From: Dehalococcoidia bacterium
Lineage (GTDB): Bacteria > Chloroflexota > Dehalococcoidia > Lucifugimonadales > VXLM01
NCBI GenBank assembly: GCA_963662435.1
Contig: OY759598.1
Span: 2,202,507 to 2,266,506 of the forward strand
DNA: 64,000 nucleotides
Reading direction: 5' to 3'
Positions 1-10,600 of this stretch are shown here, piece after piece. A program made the position numbers and the translations under genes. Within the stretch, counting starts at the first letter, position 1. Each line of letters begins with the position of its first letter. The notes beneath the pieces were generated by a model. It was given only the letters and a program-made list of their open reading frames with translations, did no database searches and had not been told where the DNA came from.

Positions 1-2
1 AA

Positions 3-323
3 TCAGCTTCCCGGTGGACTGTAGCCTTCCGTCTTTCTCATCGCGTCATCTATGGTCTCAGGCGAAACGAGAACAGTCGTCTTGATTGAGGCGGCGCCCG
101 AGGCTCCTACGGAGACGGATACGGCGGCGGCTGAGGCGTCGTCGGGCAAATCTGCGATGACATAGAGGTCGCTATCGCCGAACGCGTAGTAAAAGGCCTC
201 TATGCTTCCACCCATGGAGGCAGCCAAGTGCTGCGCCATGTCCCGTCGCCCTGTTGCTCCTTCTTCCATTAGGCCGCTTAGACCTTCCATTGTGTAAGAA
301 CCCTGAAACAGGTACTTTGGCAT
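3..323 (-). CDS. GYD domain-containing protein
   Basis: MPKYLFQGSYT...GGSIEAFYYAFGDSDLYVIADLPD matches the GYD family; ATG at 323 with AGGAGG RBS upstream. Confidence 0.8.
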   Translation of the reverse strand: MPKYLFQGSYTMEGLSGLMEEGATGRRDMAQHLAASMGGSIEAFYYAFGDSDLYVIADLPDDASAAAVSVSVGASGAASIKTTVLVSPETIDDAMRKTEGYSPPGS

Positions 324-435
324 TGTCGACCTCCTGATGCGATTGCCATATTGTGCGAAGACTATCAAAGCATAGGAACACTATTCAATTCACCGGGAAC
401 TTGGGTCACTCTCGCGATAAAATGGTACGAAGGGT

Positions 436-1929
436 TCAGCCTAGCAGCACGCGCTCCCTGGTGTAACGGTACATGCCCTCGCGGTCGGGGCGGGACAGTG
501 CGATGACTATCGCTATGGGCGGGCCAACTCGGCCGATGAACATGGCAGCGGCCAACACGAATTGACTTGCCACCGAAAGGTCGGCAGTGATGCCGGTGCT
601 GAAGCCGACCGTGCCCAATGCTGAAACGGCCTCGAACAGTAGATCGAGGAAATCATGTTCGCCGCCGTCCAAGAACGTAAGGACCATAGCCGTCGCGTAC
701 GCAAAGAGGCACCCGAGACTGACGATCACGAGGGCCCAGATTACTTGAACGGCAGGAATGCGTCTCGAGAAGACTACGGTCCTAGTCCTTCCGAAGAGCG
801 CGGCTGCCATTGCGAATATGATGATGGCGAAGGTGTTGACCTTCACCCCGCCAGCGACCGACGCCGATGCACCGCCGATGAACATGAGGACTATATAGAG
901 AAGATGGGTCTCTTCTCCCGTCTCCTCGAATCCTGTAGTCGAGAATCCCGAGGTGCGGTTGACTGAATGGAACACCGAGTCTGCAATTTGGTCTGCTAGA
1001 CCGAGTTTGCCCAAGGTGTGCGAGTTCCCGACCTCGGCAAGGAAGTATCCCAAGGCCCCGATCAGGAGGAACGCTCCTGTGAAGATGAGGACGAGCTTGG
1101 AATTCAGAGTGAGCCTGGAGAAGCCTCGCCACTTTACGACATCATCGATCACCCAATAGCTGAGACCTCCCACTACTATGAGTAGAGCAATTGCCCCTGT
1201 AACGATCCTTTCAGAGCGAAATTCCGCGAGGCTGGTGGCATTGGGAAACGATACGAACCCGGCGTTGTTGAACCCGGAAACTCCCTGGAAGAGGCCGTGC
1301 CAGACGGCTTCCCACGGTTCATACATGAATGAGAACCGCGCTGTGAGAACCAGAAAGCCAACCAGCTGGATGGCAATTGCCCATACGACGATGCGCACGG
1401 TTATTGCAGTGATATCCGTGAAAGTCGCGGTGCCCACGGTCTCACGAATCAACAGCCTTTGGGTGAGGGAAATTCGCTGGCCTGCAACGATGAATAGTGC
1501 GCTGGCAATGGTCATGATCCCCAGCCCACCTACGAACATCAAGAGGAGGATGACCGCCTGTCCTCCCAAAGTCCAATAGGACCCCGTGTCCTGGATGATA
1601 AGCCCCGTGACGGTCGCTGCCGAGGTCGCAGTAAACAGCGCATCTATGAATGGTGCAAACCCGTCTCCGTGGTGGGCGAAGGGCATGCTCAGCAGGAGAG
1701 TTCCAATTGCAATCAGGGCTGCGAACGCGTAGATGAGGATGAGCGAGGGGTTCAGAACGGATGACGGTTCGCGGGCCGGGGACAGTTCAATGTGGATTGG
1801 ACGTAGGACATCTCGGCGAGGCCTCCGCACCACCGAGTCCGCCGGCTTAGGTTTCCACTTCCCTACCAAGGGCTTTCTACGTCCTGACTGGCGATCCACA
1901 GCATCACATGAGTGCAAGGAGAGCGCCAA
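436..1929 (-). CDS. trkH: TrkH/KtrB family potassium uptake membrane protein
   Basis: Pore-loop motifs FTATSAATVTGL, GVSGFNNAGF, RTSGF, FEAVSALGTVGFSTG, MFIGRVGP; start uncertain. Confidence 0.88.
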   Translation of the reverse strand: MALSLHSCDAVDRQSGRRKPLVGKWKPKPADSVVRRPRRDVLRPIHIELSPAREPSSVLNPSLILIYAFAALIAIGTLLLSMPFAHHGDGFAPFIDALFTATSAATVTGLIIQDTGSYWTLGGQAVILLLMFVGGLGIMTIASALFIVAGQRISLTQRLLIRETVGTATFTDITAITVRIVVWAIAIQLVGFLVLTARFSFMYEPWEAVWHGLFQGVSGFNNAGFVSFPNATSLAEFRSERIVTGAIALLIVVGGLSYWVIDDVVKWRGFSRLTLNSKLVLIFTGAFLLIGALGYFLAEVGNSHTLGKLGLADQIADSVFHSVNRTSGFSTTGFEETGEETHLLYIVLMFIGGASASVAGGVKVNTFAIIIFAMAAALFGRTRTVVFSRRIPAVQVIWALVIVSLGCLFAYATAMVLTFLDGGEHDFLDLLFEAVSALGTVGFSTGITADLSVASQFVLAAAMFIGRVGPPIAIVIALSRPDREGMYRYTRERVLLG

Positions 1930-1972
1930 ATCGGGCAGCGATGTTTGAATTCCTGAGTACTTCCCTGCCCCG

Positions 1973-2890
1973 CTAGCTCAGTCCCAGTCTGCCGACTCCG
2001 CCGGGTGCGTCGTTGCCTGTGATCCACCCCTCGATTATGTCGGCGAACCGCACCTCTGAATCGTCTTCCGGTTGATAGCCAAAGACCCCTCGGGCGTTGC
2101 TGAGCGACCAGAACGCGCGAGTATTGTTGCTGATCCCGTAGATGATGTGGAACGGGACACCGTGCTCGTTCTCGATGTTGGGCGTTTCAATTACCTTTGT
2201 AAACAGTTGGACTTGGTCCCGCACGCTCCAGTAGCAGCCAAGCACGCGCTTGAATGTAGCGGGGTCGTGTCCGTAGCGTTCTGGGTCGAGTTCCCTGGGG
2301 TGGCCGATTCGCACCATCACAACCTCGAGCTTACGGCCTATGTTGATGCCTTCGACGAGGATTTCGCGTCCCGAAGGATGGTCAAAGCTGGGAAACCCGC
2401 AGGCAAAAAGGAAGCCCATGACCTCTTGCGACGACTTTGCCCATCCGTAGAAGTTGTCCGACAGGGGGAAATCGTACGGATCGACCACGTCCATCTTCCG
2501 GGTATGAATCAGGTTGTGCTCATACCAGTCGGCTGCATGGTTCGACGTTGCGACGATGGCTCGACGAACTCCAGCATCGTACGCGCACCGCAGGACGTTA
2601 TACGCCATTTCAACATTCTGCTTCTCGATAAAGAAGTGGTCGATTGGCTTCCCCTCTCGACTCTTATGCGCGAGGTGGATGACGGTATCGACTCCCTGAA
2701 AATGCTGTTCATAATTTGACCGGTCGGGATCGATGAGGTCTACGACGCTGACCCCTTCCACATTCTGGCCCTCGCGGTTCCTGTCACTAACGTCAAGCGC
2801 CACCACGTCGTACCTCGACCGAAGCTTTTCAAGCATCCGGCCGGATACGTATCCCGTTGCGCCCGTTATTAGAATCTTTCGTTTCGTCAA
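1973..2890 (-). CDS. NAD-dependent epimerase/dehydratase (uronate dehydrogenase-like extended SDR)
   Basis: ILITGATGYV Rossmann motif, TSNHA, YGWAK catalytic motif, YGISNN. Confidence 0.85.
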   Translation of the reverse strand: MTKRKILITGATGYVSGRMLEKLRSRYDVVALDVSDRNREGQNVEGVSVVDLIDPDRSNYEQHFQGVDTVIHLAHKSREGKPIDHFFIEKQNVEMAYNVLRCAYDAGVRRAIVATSNHAADWYEHNLIHTRKMDVVDPYDFPLSDNFYGWAKSSQEVMGFLFACGFPSFDHPSGREILVEGINIGRKLEVVMVRIGHPRELDPERYGHDPATFKRVLGCYWSVRDQVQLFTKVIETPNIENEHGVPFHIIYGISNNTRAFWSLSNARGVFGYQPEDDSEVRFADIIEGWITGNDAPGGVGRLGLS

Positions 2891-2952
2891 GCTCTATGGA
2901 CTCTCCTTTAGTAGTTCGTCCTGTGGATGCGGAAGCGAGTCCAACATTTACA

Positions 2953-3819
2953 CTAACTGGGCGTTCGCCCCGGTCCCATCTCGCCCCTGGCCCGAAGTTC
3001 GTCTGCGAATCTTGATTCCGCGTCGTCCTCCGGACAGTAATCCAGCACTCGCCTGGCGTTGACCAGTGACCAGTATGCCCTGGTATTGTTGCTTATCCCG
3101 TAGACGACGTGCCAGGGGATACCGTGTTCGTTGTAAATATTCTCCGTCTCTATTGCTTTGGTGAATAGCTGAAATTGATCGCGTTGGCTCAAGTATGAAC
3201 CGAGGCTCCGCTTGAGACCAGCCTCACTGTCAGAGTACCTCTCAACTTCCAATTCTCCCGGCGAGCCGATGCGAACCAGCACCATACCCATCTTGCGTCC
3301 AAAGGTCCCACTGGCAAAAAGGAATCCCAGGTGTTCATAGGTAGCCTTCGACCAACCATAGAAATTGTAAGAAAGAGGTAGGTCGTAGGGGTCGAGGGAC
3401 TCCGTCTTGCCGGGCTGCAATAGGGCAGGCTCGTACCAGTTTGCGGCGTGATTCGAGCTTGCGGCCACCACGCGTTCAACTCCCGCATCGTATGCGGCTC
3501 GGAATACGTTGTACGCCATGTCGACGTTTTGCCGCTGGCTCTCGTACTGATCGATTGGTTCTCCTCGCCTGCGGATGTACGCGAGATGGACGACCGCGTC
3601 TATACCCTTGAAGTGACGCGCATACTTGCCGCGGTTGGGATCAAGGAGGTCGGCTACTTGCACACCTTCCACCGGCCCAACGCTTGAATGTGCCCTGTCT
3701 GGGCTGGGCTCGACACTGGCGTCAAGGAGCGTCAGGTCGTAAAGCTCATGAAAGGCTGCGAGCATTCTGTTAGCGACGTACCCGGCAGCGCCGGTAATGA
3801 GGACTCGTTTCTTTGCCAT
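2953..3819 (-). CDS. NAD-dependent epimerase/dehydratase, paralog of the adjacent gene
   Basis: VLITGAAGYV, SSNHA, YGWSK, YGISNN; start moved to ATG 3819 (GGAGG RBS). Confidence 0.85.
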   Translation of the reverse strand: MAKKRVLITGAAGYVANRMLAAFHELYDLTLLDASVEPSPDRAHSSVGPVEGVQVADLLDPNRGKYARHFKGIDAVVHLAYIRRRGEPIDQYESQRQNVDMAYNVFRAAYDAGVERVVAASSNHAANWYEPALLQPGKTESLDPYDLPLSYNFYGWSKATYEHLGFLFASGTFGRKMGMVLVRIGSPGELEVERYSDSEAGLKRSLGSYLSQRDQFQLFTKAIETENIYNEHGIPWHVVYGISNNTRAYWSLVNARRVLDYCPEDDAESRFADELRARGEMGPGRTPS

Positions 3820-3949
3820 CCGATACCTCCAATAGGGGCACCGGAACATTGTAGTACGTTTCAAGGCGGCATCCAAACCTCTTGTAGGCGTGTGGGGGCG
3901 TTTGCTACCATTGGAGTTGCGGCGGCATCCCACAAGTCGCCGCCTACGT

Positions 3950-4025
3950 GGGGCTGTAGCTCATCTGGGAGAGCGCTTCAATGGCATTGAAGAGGTAGGG
4001 GGTTCGAGTCCCCCCAGCTCCACCA
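3950..4025 (+). tRNA. tRNA-Ala(GGC)
   Basis: 76 nt GGGGCTGTAGCTCA...; anticodon arm CTTCA-ATGGCAT-TGAAG; T-loop GGTTCGAGTC; G3:U70 acceptor pair; encoded CCA. Confidence 0.97.
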
Positions 4026-4093
4026 GCTACGCCAGTTTTGGCACCAAAACCGCACAGCGGCTTCATAGACTGCCTTTTTGCAGTTCGAGTCCC
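4022..4093 (+). repeat. att-like junction 0 (tRNA 3' end joined to the P'-type arm; attL-like)
   Basis: 72 bp from ACCA that is 70/72 identical to 11934-12005 and similar to 27433-27515. Confidence 0.8.
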
Positions 4094-4219
4094 CGCTACT
4101 TATGGGCCCATCGAAATGCCTGACAGGCAGTTTGCCGATAAGACTTGGCGCTGCTCGCCAAACGGCATAACGGGCGTCAGTCGACATCCCTGTGCTGTCC
4201 AGCTCGCCCTGTAGGACAT

Positions 4220-4294
4220 CTCAAGGTCGAGGCTTTCGTTGTCGCGGAGGCTGGCCTGGTTCAGGCGGGAGAGGCAGTCCCGCAGCGTGGCAAT
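4220..4294 (-). pseudogene. Short remnant of a GAF-type sensor/regulator N-terminus
   Basis: Minus-strand frame reads IATLRDCLSRLNQASLRDNESLDLE, resembling the LSRLxxASLRINESLD helix that precedes GAF domains; no intact ORF. Confidence 0.35.
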
Positions 4295-4615
4295 CGTCCG
4301 ATTCCTTCAAATTCCCTCCTCACCGACAGTCGGTGAGGCTCCCGAGATCTGGGCAGAGGGCCGTTCGTATTGCCTTCGCCTGGTATTTTAGCGAAATATA
4401 AGCAAAAGTGCCTGGGCTTTAATCCCTATTTTAGCTATATATCGCTATACTATTAAGGTGACGCTGCCACACTGATACGGCGTATCGAGGAACTGTGAAG
4501 TTGGAATGTTGGCTTTCCCGGCGAGCGGTTCTACGGGGAGGTTACTTCTCCTGCAGCTCGAATGGTCAACGTCCGCATCGCCGACCTCTGCCCGGCATGA
4601 TGCCTTAGTTGTTCT

Positions 4616-7600
4616 ATGCCCTCTCCCCCGATATTTCCAAATACGTCACACCCTCAGTCCCGCTTAGAGGCTGAACGCATGGTTCGCACAAGATCACACC
4701 CACCATTCCCGTCGACGCATACGTGGGCGCTGGACCGCTTTGTGCCGCTGATCCTCGTCCTCTTCGCCGTTTTGGCGGTGAGTTCTACCGCGGCGGCTCC
4801 GGCGGGGGCCGACAATAGTGGAGACCCTCCAGCCAGGCCAACCGGGTTTAGTGTCTCAGTGGAGCAGGGCTCCCTGGACGTGTCGGTGGGGTGGGACGAC
4901 GTTGAAGGGGCCCGCCAATACTGGGTCCGGTGGCGGCTGGCCCAACCGGACAACAAGCTGAACGAGGGAGTAAAGGTAGAGTCTTCCAGCGCTGCCATCA
5001 CCGTGGACGACTACGGGGAGTACGTGGTGCGGGTTCAGGCCTGCAACGAGGCGGGCTGTGGAGGTCCTGCAGTCCAGATGGCAGCGATCGGGCCTGTCGC
5101 CAAGGCGCAAAGACAGCAGTCCACGGCGACGGCGGACGCGGGCCCTGACCAGGAGGTGCTGACCGGGGCAACGGTCACCCTGGACGGCAGCGGGTCGTCG
5201 TCGACGATCAGCGGCGCAACCCTGACTTACGCCTGGACGCAGACGAGCGGGGCGAACGTGACGTTGGACGACACGACAGCGCAGATGCCCAGCTTCACGG
5301 CGCCCTCGGTGCGGAGGGACCTGGAGTTCTCGCTGGTGGTGAACGACGGGACCAATGCCAGCAGCGCGGACACGGTTTCGGTGGCGGTGCGTCCCCCGCT
5401 CAATCCCACCAGCGCTCCCTGCCCCCATCCTTCGGGGGGCTCTTACACACCGGACAACGCACTGGTCACCGTTACCGGAACCACCGACTCCACCATCAGT
5501 TTCCGAGGAGTCGGCCAAAGCGGCAACTCCGTAAACGACTTGTGGTTCTGCTGGCCGGACGGCACGTCCCGTAAGAGGGCCGACGGCGTGAACAACCAAC
5601 ACATCCACACCGAACGCGCGCTGGATTCGGGCACCCGTTACTGGGTCCTGGCGTTGTGGCGGGAGGCCGGATTCCCGGACAAGTGGACTGACTGGGTTGC
5701 GGCCACGACCACGGGCGGGGCGTCGATTCGCGGGGCGCGGCTCACCTCGTCGCCGGCGTCGGGTGACACCTTCAGGATCGGCGAGACCATCCAGGCGCAG
5801 GTCACCTGGAGCCAACCGGTCACGGTCGCCAATGGCGGCGCCGACCGCAACGTGTCGCTGCGGCTGGACCTGGGTGCCGACGACACGGATCTGACCAACA
5901 GCCAGAGGAAGATGGCCTACGTCTCGGGCTCTGGCACCGACACCCTCACCTTCGAATACGTGGTGGGGTTCGGTGGGACGGACATGGACACCGACGGGGT
6001 GTGGCTGCAGACGGCCTCAGCCATCGACAACACGGTGGTGTTCCTGGAGAGCGGGGCCACCATCACCGGCGGCAACCCGGCCTCCAACACCGCCGTCCGC
6101 ACCAGGGCGAATATGCCCACCACCGGCGACGCCGGCCGCAAGGTGGACGGCACGTCCACGGCGACGGCGGACGCGGGCCCTGACCAGGAGGTGCAGACAG
6201 GGGCAACGGTCACCCTGGACGGCAGCGGGTCGTCCACCCTGGCTAATCCAACATTCACCTACGCCTGGACGCAGACGGGCGGGGTGACCGTGACGTTGGA
6301 CGACTCGACAGCGCAGATGCCCAGCTTCACGGCGCCCTCGGTGCGCACGGACCTAGAGTTTGCGCTGGTGGTGAACGACGGGACCAATCCCAGCACCGGG
6401 GACACGGTTTCGGTGGCGGTGCGCCCGCCGCTCAATCCCACCAGCGTTCCCTGCCCCCATCCCTCGGGGGGCGGTTACACAGCGGACAACGCACTGATTG
6501 CAGTTACTGGAACCACCGACTCCACCATCAGTTTCCGAGGAGTCGGCCAAAGCGGCAACTCCGTAAACGACTTGTGGTTCTGCTGGCCGGACGGCACGTC
6601 CCGTAAGGTGGCCGACGGTGTGAACAACCAACACATCCACACCGAAAGCGCGCTGGATTCGGGCACCCGCTACTGGGTCCTGGTGTTGTGGCGGGAGGCC
6701 GGATTGCCGGACAGCTGGACGGACTGGGTTGCGAGGACGACCACGGGCGGGGCGTCGATTCGCAGGGCGCGGTTCACCTCGTTTCCGGCCCACGACGCGA
6801 ACCGCGACGGCACGGGAGACTCCTACCTGGTAGGGGAGACCATCCAGGCGCAGGTCACCTGGAGCCAGACGGTCACGGTCGCCAACGGCGGCGCCGACGC
6901 CAACGTGTTCCTGGGGCTGGACCTTGGGGCCGACGACTCCAACCACTCGAACAGCCGCCGGAAGATGGTCTGGACCGGCGATGGCTCGGGCACCGACACC
7001 TTGACCTTCGAGTACACGGTGCAGCGGCTAGACAAGGATCCTGACGGGGTATGGCTGCATACGGCCTCGACTACTGACAACACGGTGGTGTTCCTGTCGA
7101 ACGGTGCCACCATCACCGGCGGCAATCCTGCCAGCAACACTGCCGTCCGCACCAGGGCAAATATGCCCACAACCGGCGACGCCGGCCGCAAGGTCGGCTT
7201 GACGAGCAGCAAGCTTGTGGGTAAGAACCTCCAAACACATGGTAATTTCACTAGCGATTTCACAGGTGATTATGCACAGCAATTCACCACCGGCGATGAC
7301 GGGTACAAGATGACCAGGGTGGCGATACGCATGTCGTCCACTGCTGCCAGTGCGCCGGACTATACCGTGTCCATCCACGAAGACTCGGGGAGCGGCACGT
7401 CGAGTAGGCCGGCCGGTAGACTGGCGCTGCTGCAGAATCCCTCCGGGAGGGTGAGCGCGGAGGGCCTGTATTCGTTCAGAGTGCCCGGCAATGGCATCGA
7501 CCTTCGAGCCAACACCAAGTATTGGGTGGTGATCGACGTCAGCACCGGAACCAGCGACTCGCTCGTCTATACAACCTCCAGTCCCGCTCACGACACGGGA

Positions 7601-10600
7601 AGCATGGAGGGTTGGAGCATCACTCACGGGCACGTGCAGAGAGACAATAGTGAGACAGAGTGGGTGGCGAGCATCAGCTCTCTCCGTTTGGAAGTCCACG
7701 GCTATGCCAAGCTCAAGGTGGAAATCGAGTTAGTGCGGTTCGTCTCGGCGCCGACGTACGACTCGGACGACGATGGCGTCAACGACACATTCGTCTTGGG
7801 AGACAAGGTGCTGGTCGACGTGGAGTTCAAGGAGCCGGTAGTAGTTCCCGCCACTGGGCCTCAGCTGCGGCTGAACCTGGGGACGGACGGCAGCGGCGCC
7901 AGCAAGACCATGGACATGGAAAGCGTGCTCCACGGCGGCATGACGGTGCGCTTCGCCTACACGGTGACTACCAGCGACTCGGATACGGACGGCCTGTTCG
8001 TGGAGACTCTTGAGTCGGGCCGGCTGTTCTTCGGGCCGGGCAGCGCGACCGCCGTCAAGAGCGTGGAAACGGGGGCCAGCGTGAACAGGAACAAGACCGG
8101 CGTGCCTGGCTCGGGTGATCCGTTTACCAAGGCCGACGGCAGCAAGACGTCGAGCGACAGGGGGCCAGTCCCCACAGGCGCGACCGTGAACGGCGCCTCG
8201 CTGACGGTGACTTACGACAAGTCGCTCAACACGTCAGTGGACACGGCCAAGCTGGACGCATACTTCTCCGTACGGGGCGCCGGAAGCGTCGGCGCCGGCA
8301 ACCGCAACGGCTACCAGCACCCGTCCGCGGTCTCGGTGACCGGCGACAGCAATGAGAAGCTGCAATTGACGCTGGGCGACCCTGCCCGTGCCGGCGACAC
8401 CGTCTGGCTGACCTACAAGTTGGAGGCACACGTCGGGCTGCTGAAAGGCGCGGGCGCCAGCGGGAAGATGGCGCCAGCGTTCGTAGACCTGGCGGTGACG
8501 AACAACACCCCGGGCCCGGCGGGACCCGCGCCGTGGCACGCCACGGTGAAGGGCACTGAGCTGACGCTGGTATTCGCCGGGGCGCTGGACGGGGACTCCG
8601 CGCCGGCGGGGAGCGCGTTCGAAGTCTGGACCGACGACCTCGATGACGACACGCGCACCATCTCGGGCACTGGAACGGCGACAGTCTCAGGGGCGAAAGT
8701 CACGGTTGCGCTGGCAAAGGCGGTCCGTGCCAACGAGACGGCCAGGGTGTACTACACAAAGCCAGCCTCCAACCCACTCGAGGACACTGACGGGAATGAC
8801 GTGCTGTCGTTCGATAGCTTCAGGGTTGAGAGGGTGTACGACGGAATACCCCCGAATTACCGCACTGGCAGTGCCGTGCAGACGGATTTCACTACTGGTT
8901 CCATAGCGTCCAAGGTGGTGCTGTACTTCGACGAGACGCTGGAGCCGGGCTCCGTACCAGCAACCACCGACTTCGTCGTGGCCGTAGGCACTAATAGTGC
9001 GGTAAACCCCAACTCCGTCGCCGTAGTGGCCAACGCTGTAGTCCTTACGCTGAACACGGCGATTGCCTCCGGGGCATCGGTCAGAGTACGCTACACGCGG
9101 GGGAATAACCCGATTCTGGACTTGGTGGACAACGCCGTGCCGACGTTTCCGGCGGCGAAGGTGCTGACCGCCGCGGGGACCGGCAAGCCGGTGCTGCAGT
9201 CGGCGTCCGTGGCCGGCGCTCGCCTGTCGCTGACCTACGACAAGCCGCTCGGTCCGGGCAGGGAGCCGCCTTTGGACAGGTACACGCTCAACCATCCGCT
9301 GGCCTCCGGCGAGACGGACGACGACTTGGTGAGTTACGTCAGAGTCATCGGCTTCTCGGTGGAGGGTGAGATCGCAGTGCTGCAACTTGAGCACCCGGTG
9401 TATCCCTGCGCCGGAGCCATGCCATTCACGGCGACCTACGAAAAGACCTCCACTAGCACTCCACCCCACCTACAGAACATTGCCGGCGTGCAGGCGGACG
9501 CGTTCTCGAAGCAGGACGTAACCAACGCGCGGGCGTCCTGGTGCGTGAAGGGGAGAGTAGAGGTCCCGGCCGACGGCAACCCGCCGGGCATCACCCGTTC
9601 GTCGGCGCGTGCTAAGAGATTGACGATCAAATTCGACCGATCGCTGGACACGGGCAGGGATCTGAAAGCGTCGGCGTTCCGCCTGGCCGGGGCGTCAGGC
9701 GCGGGGGCGCCGATAGTAAAGAACGCGGCGTACACCGCCGACGGCACGGGCGTGACGCTCACGCTCGGCCGCGCGCTGGCCGGCGGCGAGACGGTCACAG
9801 TGGGTTACGCGCGCCCGGCGGGCGAACCCGGCCTGTGGGACTCCGAGGGCAAGCAGATCGCGGACTTCTCCGGCGTTCCCGTGCCGACAACGCCGGGGGT
9901 GACCGGGGTTGAAGTGGTCTCGGACGCGGGCGACGACGCCACCTACGGCCTCGGCGAGACGATCCGCGTCCGGCTGTCGTTCAGCGAGGCGGTCCAGGTC
10001 GATGGCGCGCTGCAGATCAGAATCGACATGGACCCGGCGGACTGGGGCCAGAAGTGGGCGGTGTACGAGAGCGGGAGCGGCACAGCGGATTTGGTCTTCG
10101 CCTATGAGGTGGTGCAGCCGAACGATTCGACCCGGGGCATCGCGGTGCTGGCCAACACCCTGGAGGTCAACGGTGGCGCCATCAAATCGATCACCGCGGA
10201 AGCGGACGCCGACTTGGCCCACGCTGGACTGGACCATGACCCCAACCACAAGGTCGACTGGCAGGCGAACAGATCGGCCACAGGGGCGCCCACAGTCACA
10301 GGCACGGCCCGGGTGGGCGAGACGCTGACGGCAGACGCATCGGGCATTGCCGACGCCGACGGCCTGGACAACGCGACGTTCAGCTACCAGTGGCTGGCTG
10401 ACGACGCTGACATATCCGGGGCTACGGGCAACACCTATACCCTAGTCGCCGCCGACGCGGGCAAGGCAGTCAAGGTGCGAGTGTCCTTCACCGACGACGC
10501 GGGCCACGAGGAGACGCTGACCAGCGAGGCCATGGTTGCGGTGGAGGGGCTGCCGGACGTGACCGGCGTGGCGGTGACTTCGTCGCCCACATCCGGCGAC

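Noticed and set aside
5120..7194. Diversity-generating retroelement TR/VR pair
   Set aside because: The repeats are in-frame domain duplications, mismatches are not adenine-specific, and no reverse transcriptase is present.
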